From the NCBI GenBank assembly GCA_963781885.1, contig CAWAHW010000004.1:640001-704000 (forward strand): a DNA stretch of 64,000 nucleotides, read 5' to 3'. Positions within the stretch are counted from its first letter, which is position 1. The number at the start of each line of letters is the position of its first letter. Of this stretch, positions 45,203-55,303 are shown in pieces. The notes beneath the pieces are model-generated. The model searched no databases and was not told the DNA's origin. It was given only the letters and a program-made list of their open reading frames with translations. The stretch is from an uncultured Spirochaetota bacterium (GTDB lineage: Bacteria > Spirochaetota > Spirochaetia > SZUA-6 > Fen-1364). Both the position numbers and the translations under genes were made by a program.

Positions 45203-46000
45203 GTGACGACCGATTATTTCCCGGGCGATGTATACGCCACCCCGGAGAACGTGCCGCGCGCCAGGAGCGAATACGTCCTCCTCGGTTCACGCTGGAGCGT
45301 CTACTGCCATTTCTTCGCGACGATACTCCGAAGCCGCGCGCGTGCCCTGGCCGGCCTGTATGACGATGAGGCATGGGCGCGCAGCTCGCGGGAGGTCATC
45401 ACCAACCTGGAGCGTTGCAGGGCCCGCCTGCGGATCGAGGGCATGAACCGGGTGCGGGGAACGGACGGCCCTATGGTGTTCGTGTCCAACCACATGAGCA
45501 CGCTGGAGACCCTCGCCCTGCCGGGCCTGATCGTTCCGATGAAACCCGTGACCTACGTCGTGAAGGAGAAGCTCCTGCACGGCTTCTTCTGGGGTCCGAT
45601 CATGCGTTCCCGCGACCCCATCCCCGTGTCCCGCGCCGATCCGCGCGCGGACCTGGAAATCGTCCTGAGAGAGGGCGCTGCCCGACTGGCAGCCGGCATT
45701 TCCGTCATCATATTTCCGCAAGGCACGCGGAAGGACGTCTTCGTGCGGTCCGAGCTCAACAGCCTCGGCGCAAAGCTCGCGGCAAGGGCGGGCGCCCTGC
45801 TCGTTCCCATTGCGGTGAAGACCGACTACTGGGGCTCCAGCGGCATCTTCCGCGGTTTCGGGCCGATTCGCCGCGACAGGCAGATCCACATCGAGTTCGG
45901 CGAGCCCCTGTCGGTCTCCGGGCGCGGCAAGACCGAGCACGAGCAGTGCCTGGACTTCATCGAGTCGCGCCTGCGCACCTGGGGAGCGCCGATCGGCTGA
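45203..46000 (+). CDS. plsC: 1-acyl-sn-glycerol-3-phosphate acyltransferase
   Basis: NHMSTLE, VVKEKL, IFPQGTR, VPIA; promoter TTGACG-N17-TACGGT. Confidence 0.88.
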   Translation: MTTDYFPGDVYATPENVPRARSEYVLLGSRWSVYCHFFATILRSRARALAGLYDDEAWARSSREVITNLERCRARLRIEGMNRVRGTDGPMVFVSNHMSTLETLALPGLIVPMKPVTYVVKEKLLHGFFWGPIMRSRDPIPVSRADPRADLEIVLREGAARLAAGISVIIFPQGTRKDVFVRSELNSLGAKLAARAGALLVPIAVKTDYWGSSGIFRGFGPIRRDRQIHIEFGEPLSVSGRGKTEHEQCLDFIESRLRTWGAPIG

Positions 46001-46009
46001 GATCAGCGT

Positions 46010-47827
46010 ATGGCGAACGAACCCATGAACGGCACAACGACCCCGATAAAGCATCCGCCGCAGAGCGCGCCGATTGCGGGGCTCGTCTGGCTTGGCTGCA
46101 TCCTCCTCACCGTCATCCTGACGGGCTGCCCTCGCTTCTCCGGTTTCTACGTCGCATACCTATCGGTGTCTCTGGCGATCGTCGCTGCGGGTCTGCCGTT
46201 GATGAATGCCGTCTACCGCAAAGGAAAGAGCGCGACCGCACCGGGGCTTCGGAAGCTCACCGGCTATTCCGTCGTTGCGCTGTATATCGGGCATGCGCTT
46301 CCCCGGGTGGGATGGCAGAACGCGGGACTCATCACGGACGGCCGCGCGGCGTTCCTGTACGCGCTCACGCTTCTTTGCACGGCCGCGGGCGTCGCCTTCG
46401 TCGTGCTGATGGCGCGGGACCCGTCGTATCCCCGGCGGGAAAAAGACGCCAGGACAAAAAGACGCGGCATCGTCGCCATCGTTCTCGAGTGGGTGGACGC
46501 GATCGCGTCTGCCGTCATTGCCGTCGTGCTCATCGAGACATTCATCTTCCAGCTCTACCAGGTGCCGACTGAATCCATGGCTCCCCTCTTTCTCGCCGGG
46601 GACCGTCCGTTCACCGTGAAGCTCGTCTTCGGACCCCGCCTGCCCCTGACGGAATGGCGGCTGCCCTTCCTCCGGCAGCCGGCGCGCGGCGACGTGGTGA
46701 CGATCGCCAATCCCCGCTATCCCGAAAACTCCGGGACGAATCTCAAGAAGTATTTCTCCCAGATGGTTTTCATGGCCACGCTCACCCTGGTGAACATCGA
46801 CAGGACCACCGCGGACGGAACGCCCAAGGCGGATCCACTCGTGAAACGCATCGTCGGGGTCCCGGGTGAAAAGCTCATGATGGTGGACGACGTCCTGTAT
46901 GCGCGGACGGCGGCGCAGCCCGCCTACCGTCCCGTCACCGTGGACGTCGAGCGTTTCGCGCAGATCGACCTCTGGAAGCTCCCCCCCGACGTCCGCGACA
47001 AAGTGCAGACCGTTCCCCTGAGCGGGCAGACGAGGGCGGTGCTGGCGAAATGGGACGCGGCGAAGAACAGCGGGGATCCCGGCACCCTGGCCAGCCGGCT
47101 CCGAGAAGACTGGGTGCGGGTTTCCTCCCGCGCGGCAGCCATGCCCGTCGCGGCGCTTGCCGCTTTCGAACAGGGACAGCTTCCCCGCGTGAACCCGGCC
47201 ATTGCGGCGCTCCGCGACGCGGCGCTGCAGTTTGCTCCCGCCGGCGCATCGAATCCCATCTCGCGGACAGGGGCGGAGACGGAGGACCTGGGCCTTGCCC
47301 TTGCCATCGCGCGCTCTCCGACCACGCTCGCCGCCCTGAAGGAGTACGCTCTGGCGGGTCAATCCGGCACAATCGGCCCTACCCTCTACGAGCGCGGCTC
47401 GCACAACCTCAACCTCCTCGTCAAGATGAATCTGCTCGATCGCATCGACCGGGATCTCGCGCTCGTCGGAGGCGGCGCTTCATCTGAGACGATCGCGGCA
47501 GACGCGGAGAGGAGCCGCCTCCTCCGGGAGGCACAAGAGCTCGACGTGTACCTGGTGCGCTATTACGACATGCGGAACTTTCCGGAGTTCCCGGCGGGCG
47601 GCGCATTCCTTGGACCCGACCAGTATTTTGCGATGGGTGACAATCGCTACAACTCACTGGATTTCCGGTTCTCAGAAACAACACGACTCCGACCGCTGGA
47701 TTCCGCAGACCCTTCTTCCATCCTTTACCCGTCCATGCTTGATCCTTTTCCGTTGGAGAAACGGTTCATAGAAGGCTGGGCCGTCTTCAGGGCCTGGCCC
47801 TTTTCGCGGATGGGAGCGATCAGGTAA
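46010..47827 (+). CDS. lepB: signal peptidase I with N-terminal membrane domain and a large insertion
   Basis: VPTESMAP (Ser), RGDVV, LVKRIVGVPGE (Lys), YFAMGDNRYNSLDFRF. Confidence 0.85.
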   Translation: MANEPMNGTTTPIKHPPQSAPIAGLVWLGCILLTVILTGCPRFSGFYVAYLSVSLAIVAAGLPLMNAVYRKGKSATAPGLRKLTGYSVVALYIGHALPRVGWQNAGLITDGRAAFLYALTLLCTAAGVAFVVLMARDPSYPRREKDARTKRRGIVAIVLEWVDAIASAVIAVVLIETFIFQLYQVPTESMAPLFLAGDRPFTVKLVFGPRLPLTEWRLPFLRQPARGDVVTIANPRYPENSGTNLKKYFSQMVFMATLTLVNIDRTTADGTPKADPLVKRIVGVPGEKLMMVDDVLYARTAAQPAYRPVTVDVERFAQIDLWKLPPDVRDKVQTVPLSGQTRAVLAKWDAAKNSGDPGTLASRLREDWVRVSSRAAAMPVAALAAFEQGQLPRVNPAIAALRDAALQFAPAGASNPISRTGAETEDLGLALAIARSPTTLAALKEYALAGQSGTIGPTLYERGSHNLNLLVKMNLLDRIDRDLALVGGGASSETIAADAERSRLLREAQELDVYLVRYYDMRNFPEFPAGGAFLGPDQYFAMGDNRYNSLDFRFSETTRLRPLDSADPSSILYPSMLDPFPLEKRFIEGWAVFRAWPFSRMGAIR

Positions 47828-47856
47828 GAGCGCGGGCCCTCGCCCGCACCTTCCCC

Positions 47857-48489
47857 TTACAGAGACGGCCGCAGCGCGAGCACGAGGATGCGCACCCCGA
47901 GGCCCGCCACGATGAGGTTTCCGACGATGACGGCCCCCCGGCGGAACCGGGCGGACAGCCTGCCGTGGAAGAGGCTGCCGAAGCCGGCGATGAGCGTCTG
48001 CCACGAGAGCGACGCTGCCGCCGCGCCGAGCACGAATGCAAGCCTGTCGAGGAGAAGAGTGCCGGCGCCCTTCTGCCGGCCCAGGATGAGCGCCGCGAAA
48101 TAGACGACCGTCAGGGGATTCACCAGCGTGATGCCCAGAAACTGGACGTAGGTCGAAAGGGCTCCGCCCGCGCGCACGGGGCTGCCGGTGTCCTCCGCGG
48201 GCTTTTGCCGGATGCCCCGTATGATGCCGAAGGCGGCGAGCCCGAGCAGGACCGCTCCCCCGACGACGCGGACGTACACCGAGACCGGCGCAAGGAGAAC
48301 GACAAGCGCCGTCCCTGCGACGCTCGCCGCCGTGGCATAGATGAGATCCGCGGTCGCGGCTCCCGCGCCGGCGGCGAAGCCCTTGCGGAAACCCGACACC
48401 ATGCCGGTGGTGACGATGAGAATCGACACGGCACCCACGGGCACCGCGATTCCATAGCCGGCGAGAATACCGTCGATGAGACCCTGCAT
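47857..48489 (-). CDS. LysE-family translocator
   Basis: IAVPVGAV, GAATADLIY, ITLVNPLTVVYF. Confidence 0.9.
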   Translation of the reverse strand: MQGLIDGILAGYGIAVPVGAVSILIVTTGMVSGFRKGFAAGAGAATADLIYATAASVAGTALVVLLAPVSVYVRVVGGAVLLGLAAFGIIRGIRQKPAEDTGSPVRAGGALSTYVQFLGITLVNPLTVVYFAALILGRQKGAGTLLLDRLAFVLGAAAASLSWQTLIAGFGSLFHGRLSARFRRGAVIVGNLIVAGLGVRILVLALRPSL

Positions 48490-48695
48490 GCACCATCGTA
48501 GCTTGGCCCGCCGATGCGGGACAAGGCAGGCCGCGGTTTCGGCATATGACCGGCGGCCATGCCCTGTCATCGATCTTCGACACCGCGGCCCGCGTTTCGC
48601 GGACAGCCCCCCTGGCCCGCGCGCTCGTACGTTGGCAGCATCGGGGAAATGCGCACATTCGATCCCGCGTGACGGGTCCCCGGAGGGAGGTGTCC

Positions 48696-50540
48696 ATGAA
48701 AAAAACACAGCTCGCCGCCGGAGCCGCGGCGCTTGTCGTGCTGCTCCTTGGCTGCCAGACGGCAAAGCCCGCACTGGTCACTCCCGCGCCCAGCTCGATC
48801 GAAGCCGGATCGGCCGGCTTCTCTCCCAAGGGGGGCCCGGACCACGATTCGATACAGCTTGCCCTGCAATTCGGCAACCCGGAGACTGTTGCATCCTGGA
48901 AAGTGGCCCTCGGCACGGGCGGGACGCCGCAGAAGAGCTGGTCGGGCGACGCGAAGTATCTTCCGTCGAGCCTCACGTGGGACGGCACGACGGACGCGGG
49001 TACCGCTGCACCCGAAGGGAGCTATGTCGCCTCCCTTTCCATCACATACGCAAAAACCTATGAGCCGCAGTCGGTGGAAAGCAAAAGCTTCATACTCGAC
49101 GTCACCCCGCCGACGGGAAGCATCGCCCTCGATCCGCCCCAGTTCACCGTCACCGGCAGCGGTGTGCAGGCGCCCGTGCAGGTGAAGCTTTCCGCGACCT
49201 CCTCACTGGCGCAGATAAAGACGTGGTCACTCGACATCTATGACACGGCAGGCGCGCGTCTCCGGAGCTGGAACGGCACCTGGCCGGATTCCTCCGTCGC
49301 ATGGGACGGCACGTCGTCCAGCGGCTCATTCGTCGTGCCGACGCTCACCTATACGGCCGTCGCCACGGTGCGGGACGAGTTCGGCAATTCGGCGATCGTG
49401 AAAGCACAGGTTCCCGTGACGGCGGCGATCGTGGCCGCCGCAGCCCCGCCCGTCGCTCCGCCGGTGCCGGTCGTCCCGCTGCGGCCCGGTGCAAGCGCCG
49501 TGACGCCGCTTGCGGCCGGCTTCTCACCGCTCAGCCAGACCATGCCGCGCACCCTGGGCCTGTCGCTCGCCGTCGCCAACAAGGATTCCCTGAAGTCATG
49601 GCGTCTCACCCTCGCCCATGCATCGCACGGCGTACAGAGGACATGGTCAGGTGATGCAACCTCCCTGCCCGCCAGCGTGAGCTGGGACGGGGCGACCGAC
49701 ACGGGCGATCCAGCCCCCGAAGGCTCGTACACGGCCACCCTTGCCACCGACTATGGCAACGCGTTTGCCCCGGCTTCCGTCACGAGCGCGGCATTCATCC
49801 TCGACAGGACCCCGCCCGACGGGTCCCTCGCGCTGTCGACCGCCCTCTTCTCACCGATCGCCCCGACGGACACCATGACGCTCACCGTCGACGCGCGCTC
49901 GCCGACTGCGGGCATTGCGAGCTGGTCTTTGGACATCAATGACCCGGCGGGAAACCTGTTCAGGACTTTCAAGGGAAAGTGGCCGTCGAACACGGTGATC
50001 TGGGATGGAAAAGGTGCCGCGGGAGAGATGGTGCAGTCGGCGGAGGACTACCCCGTCGTTGCAACGGTCGTTGACCAGTTCGGCAATGCCGGGGTCCTGA
50101 AGACGACCGTGCCCATCGACATACTCGTGGAGAAGACGGCGACAGGCTACCGGATTCTGGCGTCCCGCATCTGGTTCAAGGCATACACGGCGGACTACGC
50201 GGACGTGGCCGCTTCTCTAGCAAAGCAGAACGCCGACAGGCTCGACGCTCTTGCAGCGAAGCTTGCGAAGTTCCCCGGGTACAAGATCAGGATCGTCGGC
50301 CATGCCGTGATGATCAACTGGAACGATCCCGTGCGCGGCAAGGCGGAGCAGGAACAGATCCTCATCCCGCTGTCGAAGGCGCGCGCGGACGCGGTCATGC
50401 AGGCGCTCGTGCAGCGCGGTCTCGACGCCGCACGATTCAGCACGGAAGGGGTCGGCGCCTCCGACCAGCTCGTGCCCGACAGCGACTACCGCGACCAATG
50501 GCAGAACAGGAGAGTCGCGCTCTTCCTGGACAAGGAATAA
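48696..50540 (+). CDS. lipoprotein with duplicated FlgD-like Ig domains and a C-terminal OmpA-like domain
   Basis: Lipobox LLLGC; repeated GFSP...LTWDG.TD.G..APEGSY...FILD.TPP.GS; LSKARADAV..GVGA..NRRV. Confidence 0.9.
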   Translation: MKKTQLAAGAAALVVLLLGCQTAKPALVTPAPSSIEAGSAGFSPKGGPDHDSIQLALQFGNPETVASWKVALGTGGTPQKSWSGDAKYLPSSLTWDGTTDAGTAAPEGSYVASLSITYAKTYEPQSVESKSFILDVTPPTGSIALDPPQFTVTGSGVQAPVQVKLSATSSLAQIKTWSLDIYDTAGARLRSWNGTWPDSSVAWDGTSSSGSFVVPTLTYTAVATVRDEFGNSAIVKAQVPVTAAIVAAAAPPVAPPVPVVPLRPGASAVTPLAAGFSPLSQTMPRTLGLSLAVANKDSLKSWRLTLAHASHGVQRTWSGDATSLPASVSWDGATDTGDPAPEGSYTATLATDYGNAFAPASVTSAAFILDRTPPDGSLALSTALFSPIAPTDTMTLTVDARSPTAGIASWSLDINDPAGNLFRTFKGKWPSNTVIWDGKGAAGEMVQSAEDYPVVATVVDQFGNAGVLKTTVPIDILVEKTATGYRILASRIWFKAYTADYADVAASLAKQNADRLDALAAKLAKFPGYKIRIVGHAVMINWNDPVRGKAEQEQILIPLSKARADAVMQALVQRGLDAARFSTEGVGASDQLVPDSDYRDQWQNRRVALFLDKE

Positions 50541-50563
50541 CAAAGAGTTTTGCTCCTCCTTTC

Positions 50564-50604
50564 GACTCACCCGCCGGCGTTGCCGGACGGGTGAGTCTTT
50601 TTTT
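50564..50604 (+). terminator. intrinsic terminator
   Basis: GACTCACCCG...CGGGTGAGTC-TTTTTTT. Confidence 0.9.
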
Positions 50605-50650
50605 GTCGGACAGCTTGACGCGCCCGCCACAAATCGTTAACTTCCCCGAC

Positions 50651-50716
50651 ATGGTGATGGGAAATACCCGCACAGCAAACTCGATCTCATGCGCGTGGTG
50701 GTGGTTCTGGATGTAG
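50651..50716 (+). CDS. trpL: trp operon leader peptide MVMGNTRTANSISCAWWWFWM
   Basis: Four TGG codons at the 3' end; promoter TTGACG (50615-50620)-N16-TTAACT; attenuator follows. Confidence 0.88.
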   Translation: MVMGNTRTANSISCAWWWFWM

Positions 50717-50790
50717 CCAGGACCAGGTCCGCGTAGCGCGGACCGACACGCAGGTTCTGGCGACAATCGCCAGGCCCTGCGACTTTGTGG

Positions 50791-50836
50791 AAAAGCCGTG
50801 GCGCCTGTACAACAGGTTCCGCGGCTTTTTCATTTT
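50791..50836 (+). terminator. trp attenuator terminator
   Basis: AAAAGCCGTGGCGCCTG-TACAA-CAGGTTCCGCGGC-TTTTTCATTTT. Confidence 0.85.
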
Positions 50837-50858
50837 CCGGGCATGCAAGGAGGTTTCC

Positions 50859-52272
50859 GTGGCAACGGTGATGGAAAAGGCAGACGTGACGATCAGGACG
50901 ATCAACGGGGAGCGCTTCACCCCGCTCGCCCTCGCGAAAAAGCTGGGCGCGCGCGTGCTCCTGGAGAGCGCCTCCTTCCAGCGGGGGCGCGAGCGCTATT
51001 CCTTCCTGCTCCTGAAGGAGGCGTTCCGCATCTTCCAGAAAGGGGACGATTTCTTCATGACGCGCGACGGCGTCACCCTGTCGGTGAAGACCCAGGCCCG
51101 GGACATCCTCGACGTGCTGGCGCATTTCAGCCGGCAGCACGACGGGCACGCGGCGCCCTTCCCGCTGCCCACCGGGGGCATCGGCTATCTTTCGTACGGA
51201 TACTGCGCGCGATTCGACACGATCCGGCTCCGCGACCGCAAGGACCCGATGGGGTTGCCCGATGCGCTTTTCCTCTTCGGCAGCGTCTTCCTCGTCTTCG
51301 ATCACTACACGGACACGATCTCCATCGTCGCGGTGAGCTATCGCGAAAAGGAGATCGACGGGCAGAGGGAGATCGACGAGACCGAGCATCGGATCAACGA
51401 CATGGACTTCAACTTCATGGCAGCGGCGCGCACCGACTGGAAAGTCGAAAGGATGGAACAGCCCGACGACCGGGCGGAGTACCTGCGCGGCGTCGAGGCG
51501 GTGCGGGAGGAGATCCGCAAGGGCAATCTCCTCCAGGGCGTGCTTTCCCGCCGTGTGCAGGTGCGCACGGACATGCCGGGCAATCGAGGCATACCGATCG
51601 CTGCGGTCGCTCAATCCCTCCCCGTACATGTTCTTCCTCGATTTTGGCGATTTCCAGCTCTTCGGCGCCTCACCCGAGGTGCACGTGAAGGCACGGGACG
51701 GTCGGGCCGTGATCCGGCCGCTCGCCGGCACGCGGCGCCGCGGGGCAAACGCCGCAGAGGATGCAGCGCTGGAAAAGGACCTTCTCGCCGATCCGAAGGA
51801 GCGCGCCGAGCACCTCATGCTCGTCGATCTCGCGCGGAATGACCTCGGGAGGGTGTGCGCCCCGGGGAGCGTCGAGGTGAGCGAGCTCATGGAGGTCGAG
51901 CGCTATTCCCACGTCATGCACATCGTCTCCACCGTGGAAGGGAAGCTCGCGGAGGGAATGACGGGCCGTGAGGCGCTGCGCGCGACGTTCCCGGCCGGCA
52001 CCGTTTCGGGCGCGCCGAAGATCAGGGCCATCGAGGTGATCGATGCGCTGGAAAGCACCGCGCGGGGATTCTACGCCGGCGTCGTGGTCCACGTGGAATC
52101 CGACGGATCGCTGGATTCCTGCATCACCATCAGGAGCGCGGTGAAGCAGGGCGACGTCGTGACGCTCCAGGCAGGCGCCGGCATCGTCTACGACTCGGTG
52201 CCGGATCGGGAGTATGAGGAAACCGAGGCAAAGCTGGCGGCGCTCGCGCGCGCGCTGGGAATGGGGGCATAG
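50859..52272 (+). CDS. trpE: anthranilate synthase component I; indel near 51580
   Basis: LLESA, RYSF, GGIGYLSY; then YRSLRSLNPSPYMF, KERAEHLMLVDLARND, TVSGAPK in the second frame. Confidence 0.93.
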
Positions 52273-52274
52273 CC

Positions 52275-53882
52275 GTGTACGTCATCATCGACAACTACGA
52301 TTCCTTCACGCACAATCTCTACCAGTATCTCTGCGAGCTGAGCGGCGCGCCGGTGGAAGTCTTCCGCAACGACCGCATCACCGTGGACGAGCTGGCCGCC
52401 ATGGAGCCGTCCGGCATCGTCATCTCCCCGGGACCAGGCCGACCCGAGGAGGCGGGCATCAGCGTCGACGTGATCCGGCGTTTCGCGGGCTCCATTCCCC
52501 TGCTCGGCGTCTGCCTCGGCCACCAGGCCATCGGCTGCGCGTACGGCGGCAAGATCGTCCCCGCCCGACGGGTCGTGCACGGCAAGACGGATGACATCAG
52601 CCTCGACGGCAGGGGGCTCTTCCGCGGCCTGCCGCGCACGGCGAAGTTCACCCGCTACCATTCGCTTGCCATCGAGGAAGAAAGCCTGCCGCCGGAGCTC
52701 GAGGTCACGGCGCGCTCCGCGGACGGGGAGATCATGGGCGTGCGGCACCGCGATCTCCTAGTCGAGGGGATACAGTTCCATCCCGAATCGATCGCATCGG
52801 AGCACGGGAAGCGCTGCCTGCAGAACTTCATCACCTACAGGCGCGAGCCCTTTCCCCTCTCTTCCATCCTCGCGGGTCTGCAGAACAAGCAGGCCATGAC
52901 GCGCGGGGAGGCGGAGGCATTCATGGACGAGATGACGGATGGCAGGCTCACCGATTCCCAGATCGCCGGCATCCTCGCGGCGCTGTCCGGTCCGCTCATC
53001 GGGCCGGAAGTGCTTGCGGGATTCGCCTCGGTGCTGCGCCGCAAGAAGGAGCCCTTCACAAGCAACCGCCCCGTGCTGGACACCTGCGGCACGGGCGGTG
53101 ACGGGCTTGCGACATTCAACATTTCCTCCCTTGCGGCAATAGTGGCCTCCGCATGCGGCGCGCTGGTGGCGAAGCACGGCAATAGGGGCGTGAGCTCGCC
53201 CAGTGGCAGCGCGGAGTTCTTCCGCGAGCTCGGCGTGCCCGTCGATGCGCCGGCGGCGGCCAGCGAAAAGCTCCTGCGGGAGACAGGCTTCTGCTTCCTT
53301 TTCGCGCCGCTCTATCACGGCGCCATGCGCCATGCGGTGCGCGCGCGCGCCGAGCTGGGCATCCGCAGCGCAATGAATCTCGTCGGGCCGCTTTCCAATC
53401 CCGCCGATGCCGCCTACCAGATCATCGGGGTCTACGACCCCGAGCTCTGCGGTCCGGTCGCCGAGGCGGCCCGACTCCTGGGGGTGCGCCGCGTCATGAC
53501 GGTGCATGGTGAGGACGGGCTTGACGAAATATCCGTGAGCGCGCGCACGCGCGTGGTGGAAATCGACGAGTCCGGGGCACGGCGCGACTACACCCTGGCG
53601 CCGGAAGAGTTCGGCATCTCGCGCTTCCCGGTGGAGCAGCTTCGCGGCGGGACGCCTGCGGACAATGCGCGCACGGCCCGGGAGATCCTGTCGGGCGCGG
53701 GACCCGCGGCCATGCGCGAGGCGGTGCTTCTCAATGCGGGTGCGGCTCTCTATATCAGCGGCATGGCGCGCAACATCGGCGACGGGTACCTGGCCGCGCG
53801 CGAATCGCTCTCATCGGGCCGCGCGCGGGCGAAGCTCGAACAGGTGCGCGCCCACGCGGGTCGGACCGCGGCGGCAGCATGA
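52275..53882 (+). CDS. trpGD: fused anthranilate synthase II / anthranilate phosphoribosyltransferase
   Basis: IDNYDSFT, SPGPG, GVCLGHQ, QFHPES; DTCGTGGDG, KHGNRGVSS, GLDE. Confidence 0.95.
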   Translation: MYVIIDNYDSFTHNLYQYLCELSGAPVEVFRNDRITVDELAAMEPSGIVISPGPGRPEEAGISVDVIRRFAGSIPLLGVCLGHQAIGCAYGGKIVPARRVVHGKTDDISLDGRGLFRGLPRTAKFTRYHSLAIEEESLPPELEVTARSADGEIMGVRHRDLLVEGIQFHPESIASEHGKRCLQNFITYRREPFPLSSILAGLQNKQAMTRGEAEAFMDEMTDGRLTDSQIAGILAALSGPLIGPEVLAGFASVLRRKKEPFTSNRPVLDTCGTGGDGLATFNISSLAAIVASACGALVAKHGNRGVSSPSGSAEFFRELGVPVDAPAAASEKLLRETGFCFLFAPLYHGAMRHAVRARAELGIRSAMNLVGPLSNPADAAYQIIGVYDPELCGPVAEAARLLGVRRVMTVHGEDGLDEISVSARTRVVEIDESGARRDYTLAPEEFGISRFPVEQLRGGTPADNARTAREILSGAGPAAMREAVLLNAGAALYISGMARNIGDGYLAARESLSSGRARAKLEQVRAHAGRTAAAA

Positions 53883-55303
53883 ATGTCCGGGACGGCATCA
53901 TCGCGCGGCGGCGGGAGCTCGTGCGCGCGCGAGGCCACGCGCTGGGCGCCGTCCTGCCCGCGCGGCGCGTCCATCCCCCGGTGCCTTTCGGCACGGCGCC
54001 CTTCCTGATCTGCGAAGTGAAGCGCCGCTCCCCGTCGAAAGGGGACATCGCCCCGGACATCGACGCGGCGGGGCAGGCGCGGGTGTACGCGTCCCAGGGG
54101 GTGCGCAGCATCTCCGTGCTCACGGAGACGGAGAGCTTCGGCGGATCGCTCGACGACCTGATGCGCATCAAGGCCGCGCTGCCCGAGGTCTCCCTGCTGC
54201 GAAAGGACTTTCTCTTCGACCTTGAAGACATCGAGGTATCGTGGCGCGCCGGCGCGGATGCCGTGCTCCTGATCGCCTCGATGCTGGAGCCGCAGATCCT
54301 TGCCGCCATGCACCGGCGCGCCCTGGCGCTGGGCATGGAGGCGCTGGTCGAGCTGCATGACGATGCGGACGTTGCAGCCTGCCGCGCCCTGGCGCCCCCG
54401 CTCACGGGTGTGAACGCCCGAGACCTTGCAACATTCACGGTCGATCCCCTGCATCCCGTGGCCCTGGCCGCGAAGATCGACTGGAATACGCGCCGCGTCT
54501 ACGAGTCGGGCATCCGCGCGGCTGAAGACATCCTCCTTGCGCGCGGCGCGGGCTTCGACGGCGTCCTGGTCGGCGAAGCGGTCATGCGCGAACCGCAGAG
54601 CATCCCCGGCCTGCTCGCCGGCTTCGTGCCCGCAACGCGCGACTTCTGGCCGCGCCTCTCCGCGCGGCGGAGGCCGGGTAGGCCACTCGTGAAGGTCTGC
54701 GGCATCGCGCGGTCAGCGGATGCCGAAAAGGCGCAGGCGTTTGGCGCGGACGTGCTCGGTTTCGTATTCGCCCCTTCCAAGCGCCGCGCCGACCCGGGGC
54801 TGGTGCGGGACCTGCGCGACCTGCCCGCGCTCAAAGTCGCAGTCGTGGTGAACGATGCAGGCGCGGCGCGCCTCGACCCCGACGTCGAAGCGCTCCTCTC
54901 CGAAGGTCTCGTCGATGCCGTGCAGCTCCACGGCGCCGAGCTTCCCGAGGACTGCGCAAGGCTCGCGTTCCCCTATTACAAGGCCATCCGGGTGCGAAAC
55001 GCGGAGGATGGTGATTCGATGGCGCGCTTCCACTGTCCCCGGGTGCTCGCCGATGCGTATTCACCCGATGCGGCCGGTGGCACCGGCCGCCGGATTCCCG
55101 CGGAGCTCGCGCGCCAGCTCGCCACCGACCGGCCCTTGTGGCTTGCCGGCGGCATCGGTCCCGACAACGTCGGAAGCATCCTGGATGACCTTTGCCCCGA
55201 GCTCATCGATTCGTCCAGCGGCCTGGAGGAAGCACCGGGGAGGAAGGACATGGGGAAGCTTGAAAAGTTTTTCGAGGAGATAGAACGACATGAAAAGGTT
55301 TAA
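53879..55303 (+). CDS. trpCF: fused indole-3-glycerol-phosphate synthase / phosphoribosylanthranilate isomerase
   Basis: EVKRRSPSKG, LRKDF, ESGI, LVGE; VKVCGI, VQLHG, GGTG, LAGGI, SSGLE. Confidence 0.95.
   Translation: MNVRDGIIARRRELVRARGHALGAVLPARRVHPPVPFGTAPFLICEVKRRSPSKGDIAPDIDAAGQARVYASQGVRSISVLTETESFGGSLDDLMRIKAALPEVSLLRKDFLFDLEDIEVSWRAGADAVLLIASMLEPQILAAMHRRALALGMEALVELHDDADVAACRALAPPLTGVNARDLATFTVDPLHPVALAAKIDWNTRRVYESGIRAAEDILLARGAGFDGVLVGEAVMREPQSIPGLLAGFVPATRDFWPRLSARRRPGRPLVKVCGIARSADAEKAQAFGADVLGFVFAPSKRRADPGLVRDLRDLPALKVAVVVNDAGAARLDPDVEALLSEGLVDAVQLHGAELPEDCARLAFPYYKAIRVRNAEDGDSMARFHCPRVLADAYSPDAAGGTGRRIPAELARQLATDRPLWLAGGIGPDNVGSILDDLCPELIDSSSGLEEAPGRKDMGKLEKFFEEIERHEKV

Noticed and set aside
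52275-55303. trpG-trpD and trpC-trpF fusions as a novelty
   Set aside because: Both are well-known fusions, as in E. coli.
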